Assembly: GCA_009914755.4 (NCBI GenBank)
Contig: CP068257.2
Span: 36,896,001-36,960,000 of the forward strand
Source: the human T2T-CHM13v2.0 reference genome, Homo sapiens
Length of the DNA stretch: 64,000 bases
Direction: 5' to 3'
Of the stretch, positions 13,701-27,957 are shown one piece after another (the stretch's first letter is position 1; each line of letters begins with the position of its first letter). A program made the position numbers and the translations under genes. Under the pieces are notes generated by a model. That model saw only the letters and a list, made by a program, of their open reading frames with translations. It did not search any database and was not told the DNA's origin.

Positions 13701-15039
13701 TGGTCCATTAAGAATCCGTTTAAAAATAATAATAATAATACCTTTTCTGACTATTGTTGGGGAAGAATAACTCCTTTATGGGGAGTATGAACTCAAAGAC
13801 ATGATATTGTAAAGGAGGCCTTGAAGAAGAGAGGGACTAAGAAATGTGATGGCGTGGTCTGTTACATGTGCAGGTGCTGTGTGTGAGGGAAGCACTGAGG
13901 ACCACTGGAGGATGAGGGATGCTCTGTCCTTCTCGGGTATGGCTGAAGGACAGGGATTGCCCATCAAGGAGTAAATAATCCATGAGTGGACTAAATTCTT
14001 TAGAAACAGGAACTCAAATCCAGTAGGGATTAGGATAAAAATGTAAACTCTAATTTGCACCTCTCCCTCTCTCCCCTAAGTAGTCCGTTTCTATAATTTT
14101 ATACTAAATCAATTAAATGTATCTGCTATAATATTAATCATAATTTTGTCTGAAGTAGTAACAACTGGAAACTACCTAAAAGAGTCAGAGCAGGACTGTA
14201 AGACTATATTGTAGTCTACACTATGTCACAGCGGACTGCATCATGATAGAGAACGATACTCATGATTTAACTGATAAACACATATGGCAATGAATAAAAC
14301 TGTGAGTAAGATGTCTTTAATTTTAGCAAAATTATCTTCATTCTAATTTTCAAGTAAACTTAAAGATTTATATATAAATGCACATAATTTAATTAAAATA
14401 CATGCATATATTAACTAGAAGGCTAATCCCCCAAAATGTCCATAGATGTTATTTCTGAGTGAGGAGGGTCAGGAAGGTTTTAATTTTCTTTGTACTAACT
14501 CTATTTACTAAAATGTCCACCTGGATTAACGTTATAATAAAAATGTTACTGTTTAAAATAAAATGAATAAAATACACCGGTATGAAGGTATTATTAGAAC
14601 ATACGAAAGTACAAAATCAAGCAGCAAAAGGAGGAAATTATATTAAGAACTGAAAAAACTATGTTGAGAATTCTGTCTAAGAAACGCTGTAGCAATTAAG
14701 AAAAATCCCAGTTCTGCAAGTAATGGGAGAAAGATGATGACTTCCAGAACTTTCACCATCTACTAAGATGTTCACCAATTCCTAAGAAGGGACTGAATAC
14801 GTCTGCATCCTCAGATCTGAGAGTAATTTTCCACGACGCATACTGAGCACCATAATGAGTGAAGTCTCTGAGATGACCTCTCTGACCTCTCTAAAACAAT
14901 CAGGCACTGCAAACATGGCCTATCCCACACTAGCCCTTGGTGAAATTCAAGGGCATAATATTAGACTGAAACAGTGAGAAGAAGATTCGACATGGAGTGC
15001 GGCAAGAATGTGTTCTAGTCCTTGAAGGCCAGCGCTATT

Positions 15040-15195
15040 CCAAGTGTGGTCTCAGACCAGCAGCCTCAGCTGCAGCTGGGGGCTTGGAAATGGAAACGTA
15101 TGTGCTACGTCCTGGACCTGTGGAATCAGAATCTCTGAGGTGGACCAGGAATCTGTGTTTTTAAAACCCTGTGGTTGGTAACTTCCTGCTGGCTG
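15040..15195 (-). mobile_element. MER5-like (hAT-Charlie) DNA-transposon fossil
   Basis: agtgtggtctcagaccagcagcctcagc ... ggaatcagaatctctgaggtggaccaggaatctgtgtttttaaaaccctgtggttg matches the reverse complement of the MER5 consensus motifs (gctgatgctgctggtccggggaccacact ... tgaatcagaaactctgggggtggggcccagcaatctgtgttttaacaagccctccaggtgattc). Recognition is from memory. Confidence 0.45.
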
Positions 15196-15649
15196 AGGAC
15201 AGAGAGAATGCTTAGTGAACGCTGAGGAATGACGGGTTAAATAATCCCTGAATGATTCCTGAGCGGATCAATTTCTCAGCCAGAGTTTTGACCGCAGCTG
15301 ATGATGAACAGGGCTGTGACCACCAGGAAGGGTCTGAAGAGGAGGCATTGATTGCAGTTTTCTGCCTCTGATCCTCATGCATGGAGCCCCACCCCCCAAC
15401 TCTCTTACACGGAGGCCAAAGAAAAAGCTGGAATTCTCCAGGAGAGCAGGACCTGTTAAACAGCAAAGGGCAACCCAAAATTGTATGAGTGGCCTTGCCC
15501 TGAGAAGCTTTGAAGCCAGAGGTTACTGAACAACTACCCTGGTTAAAACCCTAACGTGACAATGATAACATGTGACTGTATGTGGCTGTCTTCAAAACAG
15601 CAATGATTTAGGCACAACGTGGATCTCAGATTGTTCCGTGAGTTTGGTC

Positions 15650-16030
15650 TGATAAGATTGTATGCGTTTCCCAGGGGTGCCATAACAAAGTGCCACACCC
15701 TGGGCGGCTTCCGCCACCGAAATGTATTTTCTCACAGCTCTGAGGTCGAAAGTCCAAGATCAAGGTGTCAGCAGGGCTGGTTCCTTTTGAGGCTGTGAGG
15801 GAGGATCTGTTCTAGGCTCTCTCTCCCCCAGCTTCTGGGGGCTGCTGCAGTCTTTGGTGTTCCTTGGTCTATAGAAGCATCATCCCAATCTCTGCTTTTG
15901 CGTTCACATGGCCTTCTCCTCATATACCTGTCTGTCTCCAAATTTCCTCTTCTCATAAGGACACCAAGCACTGGATTAGGGGTCCACCCTACTACATCTG
16001 CAATAACCCTATTTCCAAATAAGGTCACAT
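15650..16030 (-). mobile_element. Ancient MaLR-type LTR remnant (MLT1-like), antisense orientation
   Basis: tgccataacaaagtgccacaccctgggcggcttccgccaccgaaatgtattttctcacagctctgaggtcgaaagtccaagatcaaggtgtcagcagggctgg ... ctcttctcataaggacaccaagcactggattaggggtccaccctac ... ccaaataaggtcacattttgaggg. This is the reverse complement of a widespread ~400-bp LTR-like family whose sense strand ends ...gagaaaataaatttctgttgtttaagccacccagtct. The family name is not recalled with certainty. Confidence 0.45.
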
Positions 16031-16057
16031 TTTGAGGGACCAGCTAAATACAAAACA

Positions 16058-16122
16058 TTAGCCAGGCATGGTGGTGGGCACCTGTAGTTCCAGCTACTCA
16101 GGAGAATCACTTGAACCTGGAT
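16058..16122 (+). mobile_element. Alu fragment (right-arm piece with internal deletion)
   Basis: attagccaggcatggtggtgggcacctgtagttccagctactcaggagaatcacttgaacctgg is near-identical to Alu 17584-17660 but lacks ggctgaggtaggag. Confidence 0.7.
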
Positions 16123-16184
16123 TAGAACTTCACAATTACTGACACGATTCAACCCATATTAGGTTGTTTAGTATTATACATTAG

Positions 16185-16519
<335 letters not shown>

Positions 16520-17388
16520 CATAGCAAACTTTTGTAAACATAACTATTTATTAAAATTTGGTATAATTAATATTTAAATATCCTTTCTGGCAAGATTTAG
16601 CCAGTTTTTTAAGCTTCATTGAGAGAACCACAATATTAGCATTAATAATAGAATGGTCTATTAATTTTTTAAAAAGATACTATGTCTGCATTTCCAATAT
16701 AAAATTCACAGCAATGATTCAGGTAGAAATTAAATGAGGATGTCATTGTCAACCTTTTAAATTATATTACAGGAGCAGGGAGCACACGGGCCCTGAGGTA
16801 GAAATGAATAAGGAATATTCTAGAACCACCAAGAAGCCAGTGTGGCCACAGCAGAGTGAGCCAGTGGTGCTGGAGGCAGGTGAGATCTTGAAGGGCCTTG
16901 GCAACATGAACAGGAGCTTGGATTTTATCCACATTGCCGAGGGAAGTATGAGGTGGTGTTTAGCAGGGCATAAATCTCATCTGATCTGTACTTTGAGGAA
17001 AACACTCTGACTTCTGTGTGGAGAACAGTCTATAGGAAGCCAAGAGGAGAGGCAGGGAGATGAGGGAGGGGTGACTTCAGTCTCCAGGAGAATGAGCTAG
17101 TGATGTGAATTAAGGTGCTGGTGGTGGAGGAAGTGAGGTGGAGAACTGGACACTGGGATCTATTTTGAAGAGGGAGCCTACAGAACTTGTTGGTGGATGG
17201 CTATGAGGGAAAGAGGATTAAAGAATGATGCTAGGCATTTGGGCTTAAACAAACCCCTGAGTAAATGGTTATCCTATTATTAATACTAAGATGGGTAATG
17301 CTAGGGAAGGAGTAGCCTTGGGGAGCAGTGATGAGTTATTTTCTTAGAGAGAAGCCACGTTACCTATAGGAGGCTCAACAGAGTATCA

Positions 17389-17760
<372 letters not shown>

Positions 17761-17824
17761 CATGGGAAAGAACAATTGAGGAAACTGGGGACTTGTCCTG
17801 GAACAGAAGACACGAGGACTTTTG

Positions 17825-18130
17825 GTTTTTTAGTTTTGTTTTTGTTTTTGAGACAGAGTCTTGCTCTGTTGCCTGAGCTGGAGTGCAATGGTGCGAACTC
17901 AGCTCACTGCAACCTCCGCCTCCTGTATTCAAGTGATTCTCCCACCTTTGCCTCCTGAGTAGCTGAGACTATAGGCGCACACCACCATGCCCAGCTAATT
18001 TTTGCATTTTTAGTAGAGAGAGGGTTTCATCGTGTTGGCCAGGCTGTCCTCAAACTCCTGACCTCAAGTGATCCACCCGCCTCGGCCTCCCAAAGTGCCG
18101 GGATTGCAGAAGTGAGCCACTGCGTCCAGC
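17825..18130 (-). mobile_element. Alu SINE, antisense; forms an inverted pair with Alu 17455-17760 (64-bp spacer)
   Basis: ttttttagttttgtttttgtttttgagacagagtcttgctctgttgcctgagctggagtgcaatggtgcgaactcagctcactgcaacctccgcctcc ... cctcccaaagtgccgggattgcagaagtgagccactgcgtccagc. Confidence 0.9.
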
Positions 18131-21100
18131 AAGAATGAGGTTTGAAGGGAGGCATGATTGTGTTCTCTTCAAATAGTTGAAAGGTTCCATTTGAAAAAGG
18201 GATTTACTTATTCCTATGGTTCTAGTAAGTTGCAGAGGGTGGATCTAAGACCATTGGGTGAACTTTACAGAGAGGCCAGAAAGCCTTCTCCAGGGGAAGA
18301 AAGTCAAGAAAAGGTCTCAAAACTGTCTGGCAGAATTCTGCACAGGAGAGTCCTCAATTCGGTGTAGAATTGGCAAGTATAATAACTGTAAATCCCTCTC
18401 AATCTACCATCTACATCATTAGGCGACATCTTCATTTCCTGAAAATTCCAACACATGAAGGCTCACTTACTATCAAGATGAGCAAGTTTGTGCTACATAG
18501 TGAATTTGATTTCAATAGGACTCATTTTATACCTTTTAAGAGTCTTTAAAACGTTGAAAATGTAAAGATCTGCAAGAGCAACTGATCTTCAAAGTCCCGT
18601 CGAGTCACAGGATTTTGTAATGATGTCTAAAGAGGAAAATTCCCATTTCAGAAAAGGCTCAATAGTATTTAATAGTTAGCTCAAAAGGACGAATAAAGTT
18701 CTACATGGGAAGCTGCTGAACTAGAGTCAGGCCAAACCTTCATACTCGGAGAAGATGACTGGGCCTGTAGACACAGATATTGATGATAAATCATCACAAA
18801 CCACAGCTTTCCTTAATTGGGGTGGTGGGCAGGGAGAGCAGGCTTCAGGTTGGCCTTCCTCCAGCAAGGGCACACACACAAAGGGGACCTGAACACGTGG
18901 AGCTTATGGTCAGGAAGCCTGAAGTGCCTGACCCAGCACATCTGGTGACTAGTAGTGTAGATTCCCCACAGAAGGAATGACAAGGCGTCATTATTCAAAG
19001 TGACCTTCCCTCCATTGGAATAATCAGAAACAGCTCACAAATAAAGTAATCTGTAAGATGCTTCATCTTCTCTAGGTAACCTCTCCCCAACATGATGACA
19101 TCACTTCACATGAGGCGACATGGTTTTGTGAGGACTTTTCTTTCCTTCCAAGTTTGGAATCTGGCTGAAGGCTAAAATCACCATTTACAGTGTTTGAGCC
19201 CTCCTTGACACTTTGAAGAAGGGTCTGTGTAAATAGCCATTCCTACTTCTCAGACTCGCCAGAGGCAAAACCTGTTTTGCTTTGGTAGTACACGCTCTTC
19301 CTTAACTGGTAAAAGACTTTAAAAAAAAATAAGATGCCATTTTTAATTGTTTCATAAATCTGGCTTAGATATATTAAGGAAATTGCTATTTTATATGTAG
19401 AACAGCGGCAAGCAAATCTCAAGAGATTAAAAATCATGTTCTTGTGGTTTTCTTTTAGAAGCTGCAAATTTGAATTCAATTTAAAAAATCATGGCACAGG
19501 GACAAAATAAGAATGAACAAAGATGGGAAAAATGTCCGCAGCATTCTGCAGAGTCAAGCGCTGCTGTGAGTGAGTGTGCATGTTTCCAATTACACATCAG
19601 GGCTTGGCGAGCTCCAGGAGTCAAATTCAGACAGAACCCAAGTGCAGTGCGTTACACAGAACCCAGGCCAGGAAAAGCTTCACAGAGTCTTTCTTTCAAC
19701 TGAGGCAATTGTGTAGACAATTTGGTTCATTTCAAGAAAAAAATAAAACTGACAGAAGAAAGAAAAATATTATTATATTTTGCCTCTCAAAACAAAGTCA
19801 AATTGTGTTGGTGTATAAATCAAGATTCAGTATTTCCTTGGCTGCTTCCAGAATAATAGTAGATCACAAAGAGAATAAGAACAAGAAAGTTCAGTTCTCA
19901 GCCAGACGATCCAAGGTAACAAAGGGTGAGACCCTCATTCCGTTACTCACAGGAGCAAACAGACAACCAATAATAATTGGGCACATGGGGGTTTCAACAA
20001 GATAAACTGTTATGTGAGTCCAGGGTGCTAATTTCTGGATTCTTTTGAGTTGCAAGGAAAATATATACCGATTCCCCACCCCCACCCACCCACATAACAA
20101 GACACAATAGTTAACAGCTGGAAGACTGTGGTTAGGGGGAAATGTGATTGTAGGCTTCCATTTCAAATGATGGAAAATCATTTCTGAAGTCACTACGAAA
20201 GTTACTTCACAAAACTAAAAGAAGCCTTGACACCTTGTGTTATCCCATCATCTAAAGCAATTCTAGTTTGGAAACACTTGATTCTTGGCAGGGGATTCTA
20301 AAGAAGGTGCCGTATGTGAAAGGCTGGTGTGTCAGAAGGAGCTTTAAGGAACTGGAATGAGAACAGCCAAAAGCTAAGATTTCTGATTATAATCACAGGT
20401 CTGGATGTGTTCAAGGTAAAAAGAGATCATCCCCATCATTTGCAATATTTTCAAGAGAATGGGGCTTTAGTGACACTGATCAAAGTCTGACATGGATTTT
20501 CAGCTGCCTTCCAACTCCACATACCTGCAATTCAATGATCTCTATGGATAGTAGAAGTAACTGCCACCCTGATGTTCTCATCGGTGATTTATACGTGAAG
20601 TGGACTCAAAAGAAATACAACGAAATCCCTTAATAAAAATTATGTCCATTGACCCAACAAGCTTCCCAGTGCTGTATCAGTTCTCAACCGATTTTAGAGA
20701 CATTTGGTCAAAAATGATCTACTTGTAATAAGCCATCTGAGGGCACTAGCTCTTTTTCACCTCTGTGTTCCTTGAAGCAGGAAGTCAGTAAAATCACTAT
20801 TGAATTAAAATGAAGTAAAGCACTTTGAGATTTCAGATTTCTAAATTAAGGAACACACAACATACGGTACTTTATTTGCACAAGAATTATTAGAACCCAG
20901 GGCTAACACCCAAATGAGGTCACAGGTAAATGAAAATCTGTCTCAGTTATTTGAACTCAGGTCAACACACAGACAGAGCAAAGCACCAGCTGACCTCTGA
21001 TGCACAACCCAGTGTTCTTACCATAGAATTCCAGAAGGCATCTCAGTCATTCTCTTATGTAAATACAAAGACGACAACTGGTTTAAAAATTCATTTATTT

Positions 21101-22284
21101 TTATTTTAGCTTCTTTGTGTCAAACTCAAAGAAGCCTCACATAAATGATCAAAGACTTTTTGGTGGATCTTCCAAACGTACATGCCGGGAAGGCCTGCTT
21201 GCACTTTTTCCTTCAATCCTCTAAAATGAAGGTTTTGAAGATGCTTGCCAATGGAACGTTGTGCCTTACAGCTATAATATTTTTTAAAAGGCATTCAGTT
21301 TAAATTAATATATTTGGCCAGACAACTGTATTAAAATTCTTGTTGTTTTTTCTGTTATAATGGTAGCCTGTGGTATGACTAGTCTTCTTCAAAAATATGT
21401 ACAGTTATTGCTTCTCTCTTGCCTGGGGTATATCATGTGTTTTTCATTTGAGTGTACATTGCAATACCTCATTAAAACCAACACTTAGGCTACACAAAAG
21501 TCTTCATATCATGCCGCAAAGGGCGTAAACTAACGTGGAAAGTTTCAGAGCCTCATAACTCATTGCATATACCTCTTATACTAGCTGCTCAACTGATATT
21601 TAGCTCTCCTGGATGATGTCACAGTTTTTATCCTCTTAAAATAGCCTGCCTTCAGAAAATATATAGTTTCCTTCATGCACTAATCATGGGGAGTTACGAT
21701 GTAAATAGAGCCATTTTTTTTCTTATACAAGGAACAAGTGCTCTCACCCTCCTCCCTTCTCTCCCTCCCCATACACAGAAGCACACTTCACTTCACTTAT
21801 ACTAAACACTTCACTTATACTTACACTGCAACAAAGAGTTGCAAATACATGCAAATAAAGCCTTTATAACTCCCCTCTCTCCTGCTGGACAGCTCCTTGA
21901 CTCAAGTATTTCCGAAGACAGACACTCTGATAAGGGTCTGCTCTGAGCTTCATTCTCAGCATACAGTCCTGGGATTATTTACCTACCAATATTCACCTCT
22001 GCATGAACCAGTAAGTCATTACTGACAAGAAAAAAACAATTTGTGATTTTTTTTAATGTCACAATTTTTCTTTTTAAGGTTTGGGAGAGAAAGTTGTTTT
22101 GAATGTTTCATCAGTTTCTATTGCCAAATGAACACCTGTTTCAGAGTCCCTGAAAGTCACACATCAGAAGCTTCTGACTTCAACATATAGTCTGCTTTGA
22201 AGAATTATTTTAAAAAAGCATTGACTGCTTGAAGATAAGCAAGTGACACTCAATAGCTTCATTCTTTAGTCTTAGAAAATAATT

Positions 22285-22702
22285 TTTACACTTCACACCT
22301 ATTAGGATGGCTACTATGAAATATAAAAAAAATTAAAAATAACAATGGTGGCAAAAATATGAAGAAATTAGAACCCTTGTGCACTGCTGGTGGGAATATC
22401 AAATGATACAGCCTCTATGGAAAACAGTATGGTGGCTCCTCAAAAAATTAAAAATAGAATTACCATATGATCCAGCAATTCTACTTCTGGGTATATATTC
22501 AAAAAAATTTAAAGCAGGATCTCAAAGAGTTCTTTGTACAGCCATGTTCATGGCAGCATTACTCACAATAGCCAAAAGGTCAAAGCAACCCAATCGTCCA
22601 TCCACAGATGAATGAATAAACAAAATGTGGCATACAATAAAATGTCATTCAGTCTTTAAAAAGAAGAAAATTTGGACACATTGTACAATATAGATGAATC
22701 TT
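22285..22702 (+). mobile_element. Old L1 (L1M-type) ORF2 C-terminus/3' region, part A (interrupted by a nested insertion)
   Basis: ggcaaaaatatgaagaaattagaacccttgtgcactgctggtgggaatatcaaatgatacagcctctatggaaaacagtatggtggctcctcaaaaaattaaaaatagaattaccatatgatccagcaattctacttctgggtatatat ... caacccaatcgtccatccacagatgaatgaataaacaaaatgtggcataca (ORF 22379-22615 shows CWWEYQMIQPLWKTVW..LKIELPYDPAILLLGIY). Confidence 0.75.
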
Positions 22703-22905
22703 TTTTTAAATTAAAGTGGTTTTTTTAATCGTTTTATTTTAAAGTTCCGAGGGACATGTGCAGGATGTGCAGGTGTGTTACATAGGTAAACGTGTGCCAT
22801 GGTGGTTTGCTGCACCTATCAACCCATCACCTAGGTATTAAGCCCAGTATGTATTAGCTATTTTCCCTAAGGCTCTCCCACCCCCACCATCCCCCAACAT
22901 ACACC
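22703..22905 (-). mobile_element. L1PA-type 3'UTR fragment, antisense, nested in the L1M; flanked by 13-bp TSD
   Basis: T-rich tail then ...aagttccgagggacatgtgcaggatgtgcaggtgtgttacataggtaaacgtgtgccatggtggtttgctgcacctatcaacccatcacctaggtattaagcc. This is the reverse complement of the primate L1 3' end (...ggtgcagcaaaccaccatggcacgtgtatacctatgtaacaaacctgcac...). The TSD ATAGATGAATCTT occurs at 22690-22702 and 22906-22918. Confidence 0.75.
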
Positions 22906-23232
22906 ATAGATGAATCTTAAGGACATTATGCTGCGTGAAATAAACCAGTCACAAAAAGACAAACAGTGTATGATTCTACTTATGTGAGGTACCTAGAGTA
23001 GTCCAAGTTCAGAAAGTAGTAATAATGGTTGCCAAAAGGTGGGAGCATGCAGAACACGGGGAGTGTTGATTGACATCAAGTTTCTGTTTTGCAAGGTAAA
23101 GAAGTTCCAGAGATTTGCTGCACCAACAATGTGAATATACTTAACACTACTGAACTGTAAAGTGGTTGTGACTACAGATTTTATGTTTTATGTGTTTGCC
23201 ACAACCAAAAATAAAGATTAAATTAAAAAATA
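22906..23232 (+). mobile_element. Old L1 (L1M-type) 3' end, part B (continuation of 22285-22702)
   Basis: ...aaggacattatgctgcgtgaaataaaccagtcacaaaaagacaaacagtgtatgattctacttatgtgaggtacctagagtagtccaagttcagaaagtagtaataatggttgccaaaaggtgggag ... ccacaaccaaaaataaagattaaattaaaaaataaaag matches the L1M 3'UTR. Confidence 0.75.
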
Positions 23233-24789
23233 AAAGATTTTATAGCACCTATCACTTACCAAACCCACTGTACATCTTACACTCGTGAATATTTTATGAT
23301 TTTCAAAACACCTTTATTTTTTTCCCTTATTTGTTCATTCCTTCATGTATAACCCACAATGTGTTAGGTTATGTGCTGGGCAGCCTGGAAGACCCAAAGA
23401 CGAATTAGGGAAGTACCCTATATTTAAAGCCTTGCAAGGACATAAATATCAGTAATATAAAGTAAAATATGTTCACTGCTGAAAACTGCTATACTTCCTA
23501 GATTTTTCAATTCAATTGCAATTTCTAATATTTTGCCATGTTGATCCCACAAATTCACTTGTGTTTAAAAGTTAACGTGCTTGATTATCATACAGCTGCT
23601 TCTTTCATAAGAGGAATACAGATAAAACGCTATGGGATTTCAGGGGGAGAAAGAACTTCTTATTAAATTCATATTTTCAACCAATAAGAAAACACAATTT
23701 TTTTTAATCAACACTATCTTCTTGGTGCTTTTTTCACATCTCATCCTCTTTCCTCCTTTACCCTGCCTAAGCAACCATTTCTGGACCCAATCTTGGGTTA
23801 TTACATCTGACGGCAAGTGTTATGTGGGCCATGGACCATGAGCAATTAGCCCCCTCTCTACTCCTAGGGATGGAGTACATGTGATGATTTCCATCAGACT
23901 CAGATTAAATATCTTGCTGGTAAGTTACCCCTAAAAATCGATTAATGGACTCTCCAGGTAGACACTGAGGTAATCTCCAACCAAACCTGACTTATACTTA
24001 GGGGCTTTGGAAGCCCACCAGAGTCATCAAGCCATATCTCCACCTAGGCTCTATACTGGAAAGCTGGTCAGTAACACAAAGAACAAGCCATTTGGGAAAA
24101 CAGCCCACATGAAAAGAACTGTGGTTTCAAGAAGAGTCATTCCATCCCAGGTTTAAAATACTCTTCTCCTCTTTATCTACCTTGAGGACTCCTATCTATC
24201 CTTCCATACCAGATCCAGCCTCATCTTCTAAGTGAAGCCCTCCTCTGGGACGTCAGCCTCTCCTCTGCATCCCCTAGCATTTTATGCATCCTCTGTTAAA
24301 GCAACTGTTTGCACAGCTGTATCCACCACTAAACTTAGAGGCAACAGACCATGGCTTTGAATGTGCAGAACCCAACACAGAGCCTGAGACCTAGTGGGTA
24401 TTCAGTGCATGTTGAAGGGAAGAATGAATGCATGAGCAAACAAGACAATGTGGAAGTCTGTCATCAGTATTTACATTTCAAAATGCAAAGTGAAAATTGT
24501 GCAAATCTCTAATCAAGCTGTACTTTAAAATGCTAAATTGATTTGGCTAAAAATATTTCAACACTGAAATTTCTTTTTGCAAGTTAAGTCTTCGCATAAC
24601 CAAAACAGAGAAGAACATATCAATGAACTAAATAGATAAATTTATGGCTGACAAAATCTCAAGATTTAGTGTGTGAGAGGAAAGTAAAATTCAATGTGTC
24701 CTTGAAAGTTCTGGGGTCTAAGATATACAGGCCAATGGAATAGAATAGAGACTTCAGAAATAAACTATTGCATATATGGTCTGATAACT

Positions 24790-26160
24790 TTTGAAAGTGG
24801 TTCAAAGATCATTTAATGAGAAAAAAAGGAGTCTTTTCAACAACTGGTGTTGGGAAAACTGGGTATACATATGCAAAAGAAAAAAGTTGGGCTCTTACCT
24901 TATACTATATACAAAAATTAACTCAAAATAGAACAAAGACCAAAAAATAAAAGCTAAAACTCTAAAATTCTTATGAGAAAACTCTAAAATGCTTAGGGAA
25001 TAACTTCATAACACTGGATTTCACAAGCCTGTCTTGAATATGACACCAAAAGCACAGGCAACATAAATAAAAGAGACAAATTTGCCTGCACTAAAATTAA
25101 ACACTTTTGTGAATCAAACAAGCTATCAACAAAGTCAAAAGACATCCTATAAAATAAGAGAAAATATCTGAAAATAATTTATCTAATAAGGGATTAATAT
25201 CCAGAAAAAAAAATATATATATGTATATAACCTACAACTCAACAACAACAACAAAAACAACCCAATTTAAAAATGGGCAAAGGACTTGAACAGAATTTTT
25301 TCCAAAGATAACACTAATGGCCAATAAGTACATGAAATTATGCTCAACATCACTAATCATTGGGAAAATGCAACTCAAATCCACAATGAAATACTTCGTA
25401 GCCATTAGTATGACTATTACCAAAAAATCAGAAAATTACAAGTGCTGGTGGAGATATGGAAAAGTTGCAAATCTTATGCACTGGTGGTGGGAGAGTAAAA
25501 TGGGAAAGTCACTATAAAAAACAGTCTAGTGATTCAAAAATTAAAAATAGAATTAACATATGATTCACCAATTCCGCATGAAGATAGCAGGAAATTGAAC
25601 TGATATTTGCACATCCATGTTCATAGCAGCATTATTTACAATAACCAAAAGGTGGAGGCAACCCAAGTGTCCATCCACAGATGAGTGGATAAACAAAATG
25701 TGATATACACATATCATGGGATATCTTCAGCCTTAGAAAAGGAGAGAAATTCTGACATATGCTATAACACAGATGGACCTTTGGAAAGTTAAGAGATTGT
25801 CTTATTTATCTTACGCTAAGAGAAATAAGCCATCCACAAAAGGACAAATGCTGTACGATTCCACTTGTGTGAGTTACCTAGGGCAGTCAAATTCACAGAA
25901 ACAGAAAGTAAAATGATGGTTTCCAGGGGCTGAGAGAAGGGTAGAATGGAAAGCTATTGTTTAATGGGTTGGAGTGTCAGTGTAAGAAAATGAAAAAAGT
26001 TCTGGAGATGGATGATGGTGAGTTTTGCACCACAATGTGAATGTATTTAATACCACTCAACTGTACACTAAAAAATGGTTAGGATGATAAATTTTATGTA
26101 TATTTTACTATAACAAAAAGTCATAAAAATCAAACATGGTTCTTCTCATTAAAAAAAAAA
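24790..26160 (+). mobile_element. L1 (L1MA/L1MB-like) 3' ~1.4 kb: ORF2 C-terminal third + 3'UTR + poly-A
   Basis: ggagtcttttcaacaactggtgttgggaaaactgggtatacatatgcaaaagaaaaaagttgggctcttaccttatactatatacaaaaattaactcaaaatag (DSLFNKWCWENW..C.K.KLDPYLTPYTKINSKW) ... catgaaattatgctcaacatcactaatcattgggaaaatgcaactcaaatccacaatgaaatac ... ggtttccaggggctgagagaagggtagaatggaaagctattgtttaatgggt ... poly-A at 26150-26160. Confidence 0.8.
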
Positions 26161-27660
26161 GAAGATTCCTGGGTCTAGTTGGTTCTCCCTCCTTCTTAGT
26201 TCTTGGATCAAGGAGATAGAATTGTGTCCAAAGTGACCAAGTGACCTACGGAGTAATGGGCTTCCATCTAGCCACTCCCTGCTTTATGACTGAGCTGCAC
26301 TGGGAGAGGCATTGTCAGGGGAAATTCCAGGTTTCTAGAATTGGTATCTAGCCAGAATTTGTCCCAGGGCTAAGTGGCTAAGGCAGTGAACTAGTCTGTC
26401 AGCTTCTCTGTTTTAAATGGAGTCATGTAATTCCATTACATACCCTTTGCTTTCAACTATATGGCCAAACATGACTGGCCAGCAGGCTGGGGGACAGAAG
26501 ACATGTGGGCTTGTGCTTGTTATCTGGAATTGAAAAGAGCTCTTGGCATGGTTCTTGTTCAAGCTCCATGGTTGACTAGCACATGACCACCAAGAGAGCT
26601 ACTGTACTTCTCCGAGACTCATTTTCTCTTCTGTAAAAAATGACTGAGTTTCTTTCACAGTGCATAAATCTTTTCCTCCAGGAACAGAGACTGCCCAGGG
26701 CCTGTCCAAGACAACTAGGAAACCAGAGCAGCAGTTAAGCCATTCCTGGGCAGGAATAAATGAGCAGATGTCAGCTCTCAGAATCTCAGTTTTCTCACTC
26801 ATAAAATGGAAAAGAATACTATTTCTTTTATGTCATTCACCATATTGTGAGCTGAAGGCACTTTAACGATGCTGAGGCTGTAAACTAATGCATAATGTGA
26901 TGTTTATCATTCTTCACCTATGTTTTAGTTACTGAGCATCTCCTGACACCAGAGAGGACGCAACAAAAATCACAACTCCTAGAACTGCACAGTCTAAATG
27001 GCAACCACTAGCCCCTGTGACAACTGATCACTTGAAAAGTGAGTAGTCCAAATTAAGATGTGCTGTAGGTGCAAAATATATGCTGGATTTGGAAGATGTT
27101 CTATGAAAAAAGTATCTCATTAGTCATTTTTATATTGATTACATATTAAAAAGATTCCATTTTGGCTATGCTGGACTCTTCAGATATATCCTGGGAGATT
27201 GTATTAAAAGAAAATACATGATGGAAATTAGTGTAGGTAGTTACTAGAAAATGTAAAATTACATGATTCACATCCTATGTTCACTGTTCTAGACATATAA
27301 ATATAACTTTGAGTTATTTTTAAGCATGAGAAGACAGAAATCGACGAATAAAGTGAAAAAGCTAAAGATTAAAGATACTTACAAATCATTGTTGTATTTT
27401 TTAAGAGGTCATTTTGAGCATATTCCTTACCATTGAAGCCCCTGCCTGTCTGGCTCCTCTGCCCACCTTGTTTTGCTAATGGGTCATGCTCCTATATGTG
27501 CATAGACGAGGAGCGGCTCTCAGGGACTGACCGTAAGCATAGTCAGCACAGCACGTATACCCATGCTCTGACCCCAGGTTGGCGTCTTGGAGGGTGAAGC
27601 ATTTTCCCAGTCCTTCTTTGACTCATCACAGAGGTATAAAACAGCGTCTCCAACACGTGA

Positions 27661-27957
<297 letters not shown>

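Noticed and set aside
19574-20005. 143-aa plus-strand ORF
   Set aside because: The region is AT-rich unique DNA with no codon-usage signal, no splice motifs at the ends and no similarity to any protein family I know. Its length is consistent with chance in 64 kb across six frames.
21720-21830. CT-rich low-complexity stretch with short cacttcacttatac repeats
   Set aside because: It is simple-sequence expansion only. It is not a regulatory motif array I can substantiate.
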